From the NCBI GenBank assembly GCA_046596625.1, contig JBKJMH010000008.1, positions 1-39,262 on the forward strand: a stretch of DNA of 39,262 nt. Direction: 5' to 3'. Source of the DNA: Vicinamibacterales bacterium. Lineage in GTDB: Bacteria; Acidobacteriota; Vicinamibacteria; Vicinamibacterales; CAVVIG01. Shown here piece by piece: positions 9,937-20,931 of the stretch; positions within the stretch are counted from its first letter, which is position 1, and each line of letters begins with the position of its first letter. The position numbers and the translations under genes were made by a program. The notes below the pieces were generated by a model that saw nothing but the letters and a program-made list of their open reading frames with translations, did not search any database and was not told the origin of the DNA.

Positions 9937-11430
9937 TCACCCGATCGGCCTGACGAGCAGGTCGTAGTCGCGAGCGCCGACGACTTCCACCTCGACAAAA
10001 TCACCGGCGCGATACGCCGAGGGGTCGCACTCGGTGAGATAGACCGAGGCATCGATGTCCGGCGCCTGGGTGGCGAGCCTGCCGCGCAGCACCAGCTCGT
10101 GGTCCGATGCCGGTCCGTCGATCACAATCCGGTGGCGCTGCCCGATGCGCTGCTTCTGCCGCGCCTTCACCAGCTTCTTCTGCAGCCGCATCACTATGTT
10201 CCGCCGCGCCGTCTTCACCTTCTCCGGCACGTCGTTCTCGAGCCCGAACGCCGACGTGCCTTCTTCGTGCGAATAGGTGAAGACGCCGACATGGTCGAAC
10301 GCATGGTCGGTGATGAACTGGCAGAGCTCGGCGACATCGGCGTCAGTCTCCCCCGGGAAGCCGACGATGAAGGTGGTCCTGAAGGAGACGCCCGGCACGC
10401 GCGCCCGAATGCGGTTCAGCAGCTGGTCGTACTTCTGCCGCGTCCCCGGACGCTTCATCCGCTTGAGCACCGGGTTCGACGCATGCTGCAGCGGCAGATC
10501 GATGTAGTTGCAGACCTTCTCGCACTCGGCCATGGCCGACAGCGTGGCGTCGTCGATCGTCGTCGGGTAGAGATAGTGGAGTCGAATCCACTCGAGCCCG
10601 TCGACCGCGTTCAACTGCCGCAGCAGGCGCGCCAGCGCGCCGCGTTCGCCGCGGTCGATGCCGTAGAACGTTGTGTCCTGCGAGATGAGCAGCAGTTCCT
10701 TGACGCCGCGCGCCGCCAGGGCCCGCGCCTCGTCGACAATCGAGTCCGCCGTGCGGCTGCGGTAGGCGCCCCGCAAAGTCGGGATGATGCAGAAGGCGCA
10801 CTTGTAGTCGCACCCTTCGGCCACCTTCACGTAGGCATAGTGCCGGGGCGTGGCGAAGATCCGGGGCGTGTTGGCGTCGTAGATGTAGGTGGGCGCACCA
10901 GGGAGGTGCGGAGCGGCATCGCTCGCCGCTGGACCGTCGTGGTGGTGCTCGAGTACCGCTGCGACCGCCGGCGAAGAACCCGATCCGATGCCGGAGGCCG
11001 TGCCCGGCTCGGCGTTCTGGACTGTGGCTTCCGGGTACTTCACGGTCGGCCTGAAGAATGTCAGTGGCGACGACTGCCGCATCCCGACCCCGCCGATGGC
11101 CGCGACGATCTCCGGCACCTCGCCGGTGCCGAGCACGGCGTCGATCTCCGGAATCTCCGCCTTCAGTTCATCGCGGTAGCGCTCGGCCAGGCAGCCGGTG
11201 ACGATCAGGCGTTTCGCCGAGCCATCCTTCTTGAACTGGGCCATCTCGAGAATGGTGTCGATCGACTCCTTCTTCGCCGAGTCGATGAACGCGCAGGTGT
11301 TCACCACCAGTACGTCGGCATCCGCCGGGTCCTGCGTCAGTTCGTGCCCGGCCTGCTGCGCGAGCCCGAGCATCACCTCGGAGTCCACGAGGTTCTTGGG
11401 ACAGCCGAGCGAAATCATTCCAATCTTCAT
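9937..11430 (-). CDS. rimO: Ribosomal protein S12 methylthiotransferase (radical SAM)
   Basis: SLGCPKNLVDSE, VNTCAFI, GCLAERY, CDYKCAFC (CxxxCxxC) and a C-terminal TRAM domain (APDID). Confidence 0.97.
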   Translation of the reverse strand: MKIGMISLGCPKNLVDSEVMLGLAQQAGHELTQDPADADVLVVNTCAFIDSAKKESIDTILEMAQFKKDGSAKRLIVTGCLAERYRDELKAEIPEIDAVLGTGEVPEIVAAIGGVGMRQSSPLTFFRPTVKYPEATVQNAEPGTASGIGSGSSPAVAAVLEHHHDGPAASDAAPHLPGAPTYIYDANTPRIFATPRHYAYVKVAEGCDYKCAFCIIPTLRGAYRSRTADSIVDEARALAARGVKELLLISQDTTFYGIDRGERGALARLLRQLNAVDGLEWIRLHYLYPTTIDDATLSAMAECEKVCNYIDLPLQHASNPVLKRMKRPGTRQKYDQLLNRIRARVPGVSFRTTFIVGFPGETDADVAELCQFITDHAFDHVGVFTYSHEEGTSAFGLENDVPEKVKTARRNIVMRLQKKLVKARQKQRIGQRHRIVIDGPASDHELVLRGRLATQAPDIDASVYLTECDPSAYRAGDFVEVEVVGARDYDLLVRPIG

Positions 11431-11731
11431 TCAGACAACCTGCTGCTGCCGCCGGGCTCCAACCTCGAGTCGCGTTGACGCTGAGCTAGTCGAACCCACG
11501 AAACTCTAAGCATAGCGTGTTGCCAACGTGGCGATTGCTTCCACTCTCACCCGAGTGTTCGAGGACGGCCCTGACGAAGCCTCTCCCCCCGGTTTTGATT
11601 CATGACATCGGGCTGATGGTAGAACTGCATCTCGAGCGGCCAGAACTCGCAACCGTGCTGGCCCGGGCTCGAAGCCGACCCGGCGCTCGTGCGCTCACCC
11701 AGGGCCGGGCCTTCGCCGTGCAGCCGTCCGG

Positions 11732-12949
11732 CTACAGTTCGGCGGCCCGCCGATCGACTCCTGAGGGTGCCGCGCCACCCACCTCGCCGGACCGCATCAG
11801 TGCGAAGCGCGCGCTGGCGGGACCGACCATCTCGAAGACGGCCACCGATGCGAGGACGACTGTCGTGACGATCGGTGCGTACGCGGGGTAGCGGCTGTTC
11901 ACGGTCAGCGTCAGGCCCACGGCCAGCCCGGCCTGCGCCTGCAGTCCAAAGCCAAGGAGTTGCCGAACCGACGCCGCCAGCTTCAGGCGCCGTGCCGCCA
12001 GCGTCGCGCCCACAAGCTTGCCGCTCGCGCGGCCGACGATGTAGACAACGCCCAGCATCCCCATTGCGGGGATTCGGGACACGTCCAATTCGGCACCCGC
12101 TATCACGAAGAAGATGGCATAGAACGGCGGGTCGGTATGGGACAGTGCGCTGAAGAGATGCTGGCTTCGGTCCGCCAGGTTCACCATCGTCGCACCGACG
12201 ACCAGGCTGGTGACGAGTGGCGAGAGATTGAATGCCCTCGACACACCTACGCAGAGAAGAATGGACCCGGCCAGCAGGATCAGCCTCTCGCCGCTTTCGG
12301 TGACGTGCCTCGACCAGCCCGCCAGCAGCAGACCGACCAGATACCCAAGAGCGGCAGAGCCCACCAGTTCCCATACGAACCAGAACAGCGTCCGGTAGAG
12401 CATGGCTCCGGACGAGAGCCCGTCGATGCCCGACGCGAGATCGATACCCGCAGCGACCAGGCCGAAGACCGAGATGCAGAGGAGATTGTTGACGGCGATG
12501 ACCCCGAGCAGGTGGTCGGTCAGCGGGCCGGCGCTGTCGCATTCCCGAATCACCATCAGCGTCGACGCGGGGGCGGTTGCCGTGGCAATCGTCGCCAGTA
12601 GCAGAGCCACCGGCCAGGGTTGTCCGAACCACAGCGCGCCGCCACAGACCAGCAGAGCGGCCAGCGATGACTCCGTCAGTGTGATGAGCGCCACGGTACG
12701 CCCGATGCGGCGAAACAGCGTGAACTCGAACACCGACCCCACCGAGAAGAGGATCAGTCCCAGCGCCACCTCGCTCAGAATTCCGAGCGTGAGGAGGCTG
12801 TCCCTGCTCAGCCAGCCGAGCACCGACGGCCCCAGTGCGATGCCGGCCAGGATGTAGCCCGTCACCTCGGGTACCTTGAGCGACTTCACCAGGTGACCCG
12901 CGCCGAGCGCGAGCAGCAGAATGAGGCCGATCGATGTCAGTTCATTCAT
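11732..12949 (-). CDS. Cation:proton antiporter (Na+/H+ exchanger / Kef-type membrane domain, no KTN domain)
   Basis: 405 aa with about 12-13 hydrophobic segments; PEVTGYILAGIALGPS, ATAPASTLMVIRE and FFVIAGAEL are typical of the CPA family. Confidence 0.88.
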   Translation of the reverse strand: MNELTSIGLILLLALGAGHLVKSLKVPEVTGYILAGIALGPSVLGWLSRDSLLTLGILSEVALGLILFSVGSVFEFTLFRRIGRTVALITLTESSLAALLVCGGALWFGQPWPVALLLATIATATAPASTLMVIRECDSAGPLTDHLLGVIAVNNLLCISVFGLVAAGIDLASGIDGLSSGAMLYRTLFWFVWELVGSAALGYLVGLLLAGWSRHVTESGERLILLAGSILLCVGVSRAFNLSPLVTSLVVGATMVNLADRSQHLFSALSHTDPPFYAIFFVIAGAELDVSRIPAMGMLGVVYIVGRASGKLVGATLAARRLKLAASVRQLLGFGLQAQAGLAVGLTLTVNSRYPAYAPIVTTVVLASVAVFEMVGPASARFALMRSGEVGGAAPSGVDRRAAEL

Positions 12950-12961
12950 GGGAAGCCCCGC

Positions 12962-14230
12962 CTACCGAAGCAGAACGCCGATGCGACGGGTGTCGCGGGC
13001 CACTTCGAGCCAGACCGGCGACGAAGCGTTGTCGCCAAGCAGCCGGCGAACCTGCGAGGGCGGCGGCGGGTCGGCCTGATTGATTCGCACCAGCCGGTCG
13101 CCGCGCAGGAGACCGGCCGCGGCCGCCCGGCCTTCGGGTGGCACGGACTCGATTTCCGGTGTTGCCGGATCGGACGCCAGCGTCACTCCCGTGGTGCCAG
13201 CCGGTGCGTCGTCGCCGGACAGCGCCGCGGTCGGAGCCAGCGACACGGTCAGCGTGCCACGACCACGCTGGACCCTGAGGTCGAACGGCGTCCCTGCCGC
13301 TTCGGCAAGCGGTCTGGCGTCGTCGGCGCGAGTCATGGCGGTTCCGTTCAGGTGCGTGAGGATGTCACCCGGTCGCAGGCCCGCGGCGTCCGCCGGCGTG
13401 CCGTCCCAGACCTCGCGCACCAGAACACCTTCCGGGACCTTGAAGTAAGCGGCTTCCTCGGCAGACGTGGTGTCGAGGACAAGGCCCAGTCGCCCCAGGA
13501 TCCTCTGCGCGGGGGTGCTGGCGAGAACCCGCAGCGCCTGAAGGCTGGCGTCGGACACGGCGACGACGCGTTGTCCGCAGGGGAGGATGATGCCGATGAA
13601 GTTGCCGTCGACGTCGAACAACCCGCCGCCCGTCATGGCGGCCGTCAGCGGCACGCTCGACGCGATCACGCGGGCGTCCGTCAGTCCACAGCGAACGGTG
13701 TCGACCTGGTGGAAATTACCGATAGCGAATGGCGTCTCGGTGTCTGTTCGCCAGACTGCCAGCAGCCAGTCTCCAGGCCGGAGCGGCCCCATTCTCCGGT
13801 GGATCGGCGTCATCCGATGTGCCATGGCGAACTGGCTGAAAGGCAACTGCGGGCCCCACACGTCGGGAGGCACCGTCATCTGCTCGGTCCGCGTGGCAAT
13901 CCTCAACGGACCGCGCCCCATGGCCGTCCGGAGTGGACCCGACACCACCTGGTCGTTCGACCAGGCGATGGCCGTCATTCCTGGTCCCGACACCCGAGCG
14001 AGCGATGCCTCGACCTCGCGAGCCGTGGTCGCGAAATACTGGGTCATCTCCTCGAGGGAGCGGCGCTCGGCTCGTCTGGTGAGCTGTTCGAGGTCTGTCA
14101 GGGAAGGCACTGGCGCGGCGCTTTGCGGAATGGCCCCTGGCCGGATCAGCCACCCGCCAATCAGGATAGTTGCGGCAAGCACGGCCAGTGAGGCCACGTA
14201 GCCGGGGCGTCGCTGCCTGGGCACATCCAT
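12962..14230 (-). CDS. Membrane-anchored HtrA-like protein with a degenerate trypsin domain and two PDZ domains
   Basis: N-terminal TM segment, HtrA-like LRPGDWLLAV and TGGGLFDVDGNFIGII, and PDZ signatures TPADAAGLRPGDILTHLNG and AAAAGLLRGDRLVRIN. Start is ATG 14230 or 14263; the ORF-track extension to 15130 overlaps asnS and is spurious. Confidence 0.85.
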   Translation of the reverse strand: MDVPRQRRPGYVASLAVLAATILIGGWLIRPGAIPQSAAPVPSLTDLEQLTRRAERRSLEEMTQYFATTAREVEASLARVSGPGMTAIAWSNDQVVSGPLRTAMGRGPLRIATRTEQMTVPPDVWGPQLPFSQFAMAHRMTPIHRRMGPLRPGDWLLAVWRTDTETPFAIGNFHQVDTVRCGLTDARVIASSVPLTAAMTGGGLFDVDGNFIGIILPCGQRVVAVSDASLQALRVLASTPAQRILGRLGLVLDTTSAEEAAYFKVPEGVLVREVWDGTPADAAGLRPGDILTHLNGTAMTRADDARPLAEAAGTPFDLRVQRGRGTLTVSLAPTAALSGDDAPAGTTGVTLASDPATPEIESVPPEGRAAAAGLLRGDRLVRINQADPPPPSQVRRLLGDNASSPVWLEVARDTRRIGVLLR

Positions 14231-14319
14231 CCAGCAAGCATAGCGCGACCGGTGAGACAACATCGCCAGCCGCGTAGGCCCACGGGTCGCTCGGGACCGC
14301 GAGAGGCAACGAGCCGTGT

Positions 14320-15615
14320 TTACGGGTAGAGCCGGTACAGCATGCGTGGGTACGGGATCGTTTCCCGCACGTGTTCGAGCTTGCAGATCCACGCGACGAG
14401 CCGTTCGATGCCCATGCCGAAGCCGCCGTGCGGAACGCTGCCGTAGCGCCGCAGGTCGAGATACCACTCGAACGATTCCTGCGGCAGGCCGTGCTCCTTG
14501 ATGCGCTGGAGCATCAGGTCGAGATCCGCGAGACGCTCGCCGCCACCGATGATCTCGCCGTAGCCTTCGGGTGCCAGCATGTCGACGCCGAGTGCGAGTT
14601 CCGGGCGCAGCGGGTCGGGCTTCATGTAGAACGCCTTGATCGCCGACGGGTAGCGGCTGATCATGACGGGGCGATCGTACTGCTCGGACAGTGTGGTCTC
14701 GTCCGGGCCGCCGAAGTCGCCGCCCCACTCGATGGGCAGCCCCTTGGCTTGCAGGGTCTTCACCGCCTCGTCGTAGGTGATGCGCGGGAACGGCTTGCGC
14801 ACGGTCTCGAGCTTGCTGGTGTCGCGCTCGATGATCGTCAGTTCCTGCCGCCGCGTCTCCAGCACGCGCGCCACGACCGACACCACCAGGTCCTCGGCCA
14901 GATCCATCACGTCGTCCAGGTGGGCGTACGCGATCTCGGGCTCGACCATCCAGAACTCGGTGAGGTGCCGGCGGGTCTTCGACTTCTCGGCGCGGAAGGT
15001 CGGACCGAACGAGTAGACGCGGCCGAGCGCCATCGCCGTCGATTCGAGATAGAGCTGGCCGCTCTGCGTGAGGTAGGCTTTCTGGTCGTCGAAGTACTCG
15101 ACGGGGAACAGCGTCGTGGTGCCCTCGCACGCCGCCGGCGTGAAGATCGGCGCGTCAGTGAGGATGAAGCCGCGCGAGTTGAAGAAGTCGCGCACGGCAT
15201 TGATCACTTCATGGCGAATGCGCAGGATGGCGGTCTGGCGTTCGCTGCGAATCCACAGGTGGCGTCGATCGAGCAGGAAGTCGACGCCGTGTTCCTTCGG
15301 CGTGATGGGGAAGTCGTGCGACGCACCCACGACCTCGAGCGCCTTCACGTCGATCTCGTAGCCGCTTTTCGCGCGCGTGTCGGCGCGGGCCGTGCCGGTG
15401 ACAATGACCGAGGTTTCCTGGGAAAGGTGATCGGCCGCCTTGAACATCTCGTCGCCGACGGTGGCCTTCGACATCACGCCCTGGATGAACCCGCTGCCGT
15501 CGCGCAGGATCAGGAAGTGGATCTTCCCGCTCGAGCGCCGGTTCGACAGCCACCCCTTGATGGTGACTTCCTGACCTTCGTGCTTGCCGATATCGTCGAT
15601 GTAGACATGCTGCAT
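14320..15615 (-). CDS. asnS: Asparagine--tRNA ligase
   Basis: OB-fold N-terminus (FLILRDGSG), [30 protein letters not shown] and [11 protein letters not shown]. Confidence 0.96.
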   Translation of the reverse strand: MQHVYIDDIGKHEGQEVTIKGWLSNRRSSGKIHFLILRDGSGFIQGVMSKATVGDEMFKAADHLSQETSVIVTGTARADTRAKSGYEIDVKALEVVGASHDFPITPKEHGVDFLLDRRHLWIRSERQTAILRIRHEVINAVRDFFNSRGFILTDAPIFTPAACEGTTTLFPVEYFDDQKAYLTQSGQLYLESTAMALGRVYSFGPTFRAEKSKTRRHLTEFWMVEPEIAYAHLDDVMDLAEDLVVSVVARVLETRRQELTIIERDTSKLETVRKPFPRITYDEAVKTLQAKGLPIEWGGDFGGPDETTLSEQYDRPVMISRYPSAIKAFYMKPDPLRPELALGVDMLAPEGYGEIIGGGERLADLDLMLQRIKEHGLPQESFEWYLDLRRYGSVPHGGFGMGIERLVAWICKLEHVRETIPYPRMLYRLYP

Positions 15616-15625
15616 GGTGGGTACC

Positions 15626-15667
15626 TGTCAGTCGCCAGTGGCAAGTCGCACGTCCTGGGCACAGGAC
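15626..15667. repeat. Degenerate heptamer array plus short hairpin in the asnS-amgK spacer
   Basis: TGTCAGT CGCCAGT GGCAAGT CGCACGT (15626-15653), then GTCCTG-GGCA-CAGGAC (15652-15667). Confidence 0.5.
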
Positions 15668-15678
15668 TGCCGGCCATG

Positions 15679-16695
15679 TTAGCGCAGCTCTTCGACGTGC
15701 GCCGCGAGCAGCGCCTGCAGTCGCGCGAAGCGCGGATAGCGGCCCAGGTTGTCGCGCACGCTGGCCAGTGTGCGCGGCATGTACTGCGTGTATCCCGGAT
15801 TGCCGCGTGCCGACGCCTGGAAGCCGAACGTGCCCAGCGCCTTGATGTTGCGCTGGACAGCCATCAGGTCGAATCGCCGGCGATAGTCGGAAGTGTCGGC
15901 GATGCCGGCAAGCCGCGTGAAATGCGCGAGAAAGCCGTCGAGCTCGTCGCCGGTGATGTCCACGTACGAGTCGCGCAGCAACGACGCCAGGTCGTACGTG
16001 TCAGGACCCATGCGCGCATCCTGGAAATCGATCATCACCAGCCGGCCACCGTGCAGCATCAGGTTCCGGCTGTGATAATCGCGGTGACAGAGCACCCGCG
16101 GTTCACTCGCCAGTTCCTCGACGATCGCCGACCATTCCGCGGCGAGCGCCTCCCGCTCGACGGGGCTCAGCCACACGCGCCGATGGCCTTCGAGAAAGTG
16201 CTGCTGGAAGAAGTTCAGCTCGAACGTGAGTTTCTCGACATCGAAAGCGAGCGTGTAGGGAACGTAGCCGTCGTTGGCGAACGCGCGCCCTCGTTGCTGC
16301 AGTTGGTAAATCAGCTCGATCGCCTCGTGGTACAGCGCGGCATGGCTGCTGACGGTGTCCGCACCGAGGTGCGACTGCAGCGTCACGTCGCCGAGGTCGT
16401 CCTGGGCGATGACGCCGAGCTCGTTCGCGTGCCCAAGGACGCGCGGCGCCGGCATCTTCATGCGCGTCAGCAACTCGGCCACGCTTGCGAACGGCAGCGA
16501 GGCGTAGTCGATGGGGCCGGTGTGCACGGCCAGCACGATCGGTGCGGCAGACGGCAACAGGATGCGGAAGTAGCGCCGGTCCGATGCATCGGGCGTCAGC
16601 GGCACGATGCGGGGCTCGAGCGCCGACAGTCCGGCGACGGCAAGATACCGGTTGATGCGCGCTGTCGTTGCCGCATCGGGGCCGGGCGTACTCAT
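15679..16695 (-). CDS. amgK: AmgK-like anomeric MurNAc/GlcNAc kinase (APH-family phosphotransferase)
   Basis: DASDRRYFRI, DDLGD, HRDYHSRNLM, IDFQDARMGPDTYDLASLLRDSY and QRNIKALGTF; adjacent to a nucleotidyltransferase. Confidence 0.8.
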   Translation of the reverse strand: MSTPGPDAATTARINRYLAVAGLSALEPRIVPLTPDASDRRYFRILLPSAAPIVLAVHTGPIDYASLPFASVAELLTRMKMPAPRVLGHANELGVIAQDDLGDVTLQSHLGADTVSSHAALYHEAIELIYQLQQRGRAFANDGYVPYTLAFDVEKLTFELNFFQQHFLEGHRRVWLSPVEREALAAEWSAIVEELASEPRVLCHRDYHSRNLMLHGGRLVMIDFQDARMGPDTYDLASLLRDSYVDITGDELDGFLAHFTRLAGIADTSDYRRRFDLMAVQRNIKALGTFGFQASARGNPGYTQYMPRTLASVRDNLGRYPRFARLQALLAAHVEELR

Positions 16696-17630
16696 GGCTG
16701 CTCCAGGGAAAGGGGCACGGTGACGACCTCGCCGTCAGCGCCGCGCATCAGGATCTGGTGTGTGTGTCGTGCGCCGGCGCCGACCCGCACGCCGTCGGTG
16801 ACGATGCAGTGGTCGAGTGCGGCTCCAGGCCCGACATGCACATCGTTCCAGACGATGGACGAGGTGACGCGCGCACCATTCGCAACCTGTGCATCCGCAG
16901 CCGTATCGAGCCCCTCGGCGCGCGCGAAGGCGTGCGACGTGTGCCAGTAGTCGGCCACGGTGCCGATGTCCCAGAAGTTGGCCTCGCACACATGCACGCG
17001 GATGCTGCCCGGGCGGGCTGCGACAAGCCGGAGGTAGACGTCGCCGACCGAGTTCGACGGCCGCCCGGCGGGCGTTCCGGCAAAGGCGTCACGATGCGCC
17101 ACCTGCACACCGATAAAGTGAAACGACAGCTCGCTCGACCCGCGCGGCACGACGCCGAGCACCGCGCCGTCGCTGGCCACCCTGAGCCCGCTGTAGTGCT
17201 GCGGTTGGGTGTTGGGGATCACCGCCATCGTAACCAGTGCGCCCGCTGCGGCATGGGCGTCAAGGAGCGGTGGCAGCGCCAGGTTGGTCAGCGTGTCACC
17301 GTTGACGATGACGAAGGTGTCGGCACCGACGATGTCGAGCGCCTGGCGCGGCCCTCCGGCCGACCCGAGCACCTCCGGGTGTTCCCATGAGTACCGCGCT
17401 CGAACACCCAGACCCGAGCCATCACCGACGATGGTAGCTATCGACTCCGGCAGATGGTGCAGGTTGAGCACCACCTCCGTGATGCCCGCGTCGTGCAGCC
17501 ACCGCATGATGCGGGCGACCATCGGCGTGCCGGCCACCGGGATGGCCGGTTTCGCACGCACGGTGGTCAGCGGACGCAGCCGGGTACCGAGGCCGGCGGT
17601 CAGCAGGAGCGCGTGGGTCAGCGACGGCAT
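16692..17630 (-). CDS. MurU-like NDP-sugar nucleotidyltransferase with a short C-terminal left-handed beta-helix
   Basis: LTAGLGTRLRPLT..AKP, LGSAGG, VNGD and WDIGT motifs; ATGA overlap with amgK. Confidence 0.82.
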   Translation of the reverse strand: MPSLTHALLLTAGLGTRLRPLTTVRAKPAIPVAGTPMVARIMRWLHDAGITEVVLNLHHLPESIATIVGDGSGLGVRARYSWEHPEVLGSAGGPRQALDIVGADTFVIVNGDTLTNLALPPLLDAHAAAGALVTMAVIPNTQPQHYSGLRVASDGAVLGVVPRGSSELSFHFIGVQVAHRDAFAGTPAGRPSNSVGDVYLRLVAARPGSIRVHVCEANFWDIGTVADYWHTSHAFARAEGLDTAADAQVANGARVTSSIVWNDVHVGPGAALDHCIVTDGVRVGAGARHTHQILMRGADGEVVTVPLSLEQP

Positions 17631-17637
17631 GGCGGGT

Positions 17638-18192
17638 TCAGCGCGGGAAGACCATGTCGTGTGGTTCGACGCCGCGAGCCTGGCACTCGTGCTCGTACAG
17701 CGTCCGGTAGGACGACACGACGTAGTCGGACTGGTCGCGGCCGAGCCGAGTCGCCGCCGCGGTGATGCCAGTGTCGCTGCCTTCGATCTCGACGTAGGTG
17801 CCCACGGGCGTCTCGTCGATGGCGAACAGCACGCCGTGCCCTTCGTACTCCTCGCGAAACTTCTCGTAGCGGAACGCGACCCGAAAGCCGAGCCGCTCGA
17901 GAATGGTCAGCAGCAGGATGCCGTCGTCGACGCGCGTCTCCAGTTCCTCGCGCAGTTTCATCATCGACGGTTGCGGTGCGCCCTTGAAGGTGAGGAAGCT
18001 GCGGTCTGGCTCGAGGCGGACGCGCAGGGCGCTGCGCGCTCCGGAGAGGCTGCCGTCAGCGGTGTCGAGGACGATGTCCGACTGCAGGCGCCTGGCGCGC
18101 ACAAGCCTGGTCTCCAGGGCGCGGACGGCGGCGCGCGCGGCGTCCGCGGAGTCGAAGCGAAGTTTGATTTCGCGCTCGAGGGAGCCGGCCAT
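17638..18192 (-). CDS. CYTH domain protein (class IV adenylate cyclase / triphosphate tunnel metalloenzyme)
   Basis: EREIKL (ExExK), LRVR, TFKG, REELET, KFREEY and YVEIEG. Confidence 0.88.
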   Translation of the reverse strand: MAGSLEREIKLRFDSADAARAAVRALETRLVRARRLQSDIVLDTADGSLSGARSALRVRLEPDRSFLTFKGAPQPSMMKLREELETRVDDGILLLTILERLGFRVAFRYEKFREEYEGHGVLFAIDETPVGTYVEIEGSDTGITAAATRLGRDQSDYVVSSYRTLYEHECQARGVEPHDMVFPR

Positions 18193-18194
18193 GC

Positions 18195-19298
18195 CTACGT
18201 CAATCGGCCCGGGCCGCTGCAGCCGCTGAGCGACGGCCTGCCGAGCCCCTTCGCAAGGACGAGCACCTTCATCGTGCTGCCAAGGCCGCCGGGCATGACC
18301 AGGGTCTTGAACGCCTGTCGCTCACTGTCGTCGAACGACTCCAGGCGGGGACCCGCGAGCGCCATCAGGAAGTAGGTCTGGTCGATCAGGGCGAGTGTCT
18401 CGCATCCCTGCGACTGGGCCGCGGCCCGGATGCTGGTGAAGTCGACGTGCGCCGTGATGTCCTGTTCGCCGGGCGTGTCGAGCCACGCGCTGCTGCCGGC
18501 GTCGCTCTGCTGGTGCTGCCGGTAGGTGGTCAGCGTGCCGGCAGTTCGCGGTTCAGCGTAGAGCTGTGCGGCTTCGTGGCCGTAGTCGATGAGGATCATG
18601 AAGCCGCGCTGCAGGCGCCTGGCGGCATCGCGGACCCAGTCGACGGCGGCGAGGGACAGTTCAGCGCGTGCGTCGGGTGCCAGCACGATGCCGGCTGCCT
18701 CGAGCTGCGCCGCCAGCCTGGGTGACGATGGCTCGAGGTTGCGCGTGACGAGGTGGTCGCCGTCGAGCGCGACGTGCACTTCGCGTAAGCCCGCCTCCGA
18801 CGCCATCACCTGATGGACCGGCATGGCATCGAGCAACTCGTTGGCGACGATGATCCCTTCGAATTCGCCGGGGAGGGTGTCGCTGCCAAGGGCCTGTTCG
18901 CTCCAGGCCGTCAGCACCTTGTGCTGGGCGGCGCGAGCGAACGCGCTGCGCTCGACCAGATGCAGGTGGGTGTGCGCGCACACCCGCGGCGCCACCTTCT
19001 TCAGGCCGCGAAGCATGGCGTGCGAGAGACGGCCGTCGCCTGCGCCGGCTTCGACCAGGGTGATCGGCGAACCCGTCGCGCCGAGCAACTGCGCCATTTC
19101 GGCGACCTGCAGCGCGAGCAGCTCGCCGAACAGCGGGCCGAGATCGACGCTGGTGACGAAGTCGCCCGTGCTCCCCGACCGTCGGGAGGCACGGGCGTAG
19201 TAGCCGAACTCGGGGTGATACAGGGCGAGGTCCATGAACGCGGCCACCGTCAGGGGGCCGCGTTCATGGATGGAGGTCCGAATCAGATCGAGCAGCAC
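18195..19298 (-). CDS. SAM-dependent methyltransferase, MidA/NDUFAF7 (DUF185) family
   Basis: FMDLALYHPEFGYY, GDFVTS, EAGAGDG, ANELLDAMP, IDYG and QDITAHVDF. Start is probably GTG 19298. Confidence 0.9.
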   Translation of the reverse strand: MLLDLIRTSIHERGPLTVAAFMDLALYHPEFGYYARASRRSGSTGDFVTSVDLGPLFGELLALQVAEMAQLLGATGSPITLVEAGAGDGRLSHAMLRGLKKVAPRVCAHTHLHLVERSAFARAAQHKVLTAWSEQALGSDTLPGEFEGIIVANELLDAMPVHQVMASEAGLREVHVALDGDHLVTRNLEPSSPRLAAQLEAAGIVLAPDARAELSLAAVDWVRDAARRLQRGFMILIDYGHEAAQLYAEPRTAGTLTTYRQHQQSDAGSSAWLDTPGEQDITAHVDFTSIRAAAQSQGCETLALIDQTYFLMALAGPRLESFDDSERQAFKTLVMPGGLGSTMKVLVLAKGLGRPSLSGCSGPGRLT

Positions 19299-19317
19299 GT
19301 CGGAGGTCGCAACGCGG

Positions 19318-20919
<1,602 letters not shown>

Positions 20920-20931
20920 CGTTCCTCCGTA

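Noticed and set aside
11600-11660. GGCTGATGGTAG resembling part of a fluoride or other ion riboswitch near the antiporter
   Set aside because: It is downstream of and antisense to the antiporter, and the rest of the consensus and pseudoknot is not present.
14264-15130. N-terminal 290 aa of the 722-aa ORF 12962-15130 (possible asnS-overlapping gene or fusion)
   Set aside because: It is an Arg/Pro-rich off-frame reading of asnS. The real protein begins near 14230, with its own -10 box and TM anchor.
15679-16695. Aminoglycoside-resistance phosphotransferase
   Set aside because: The motifs and the coupling to a nucleotidyltransferase fit AmgK-type sugar kinases; there is no mobile context.
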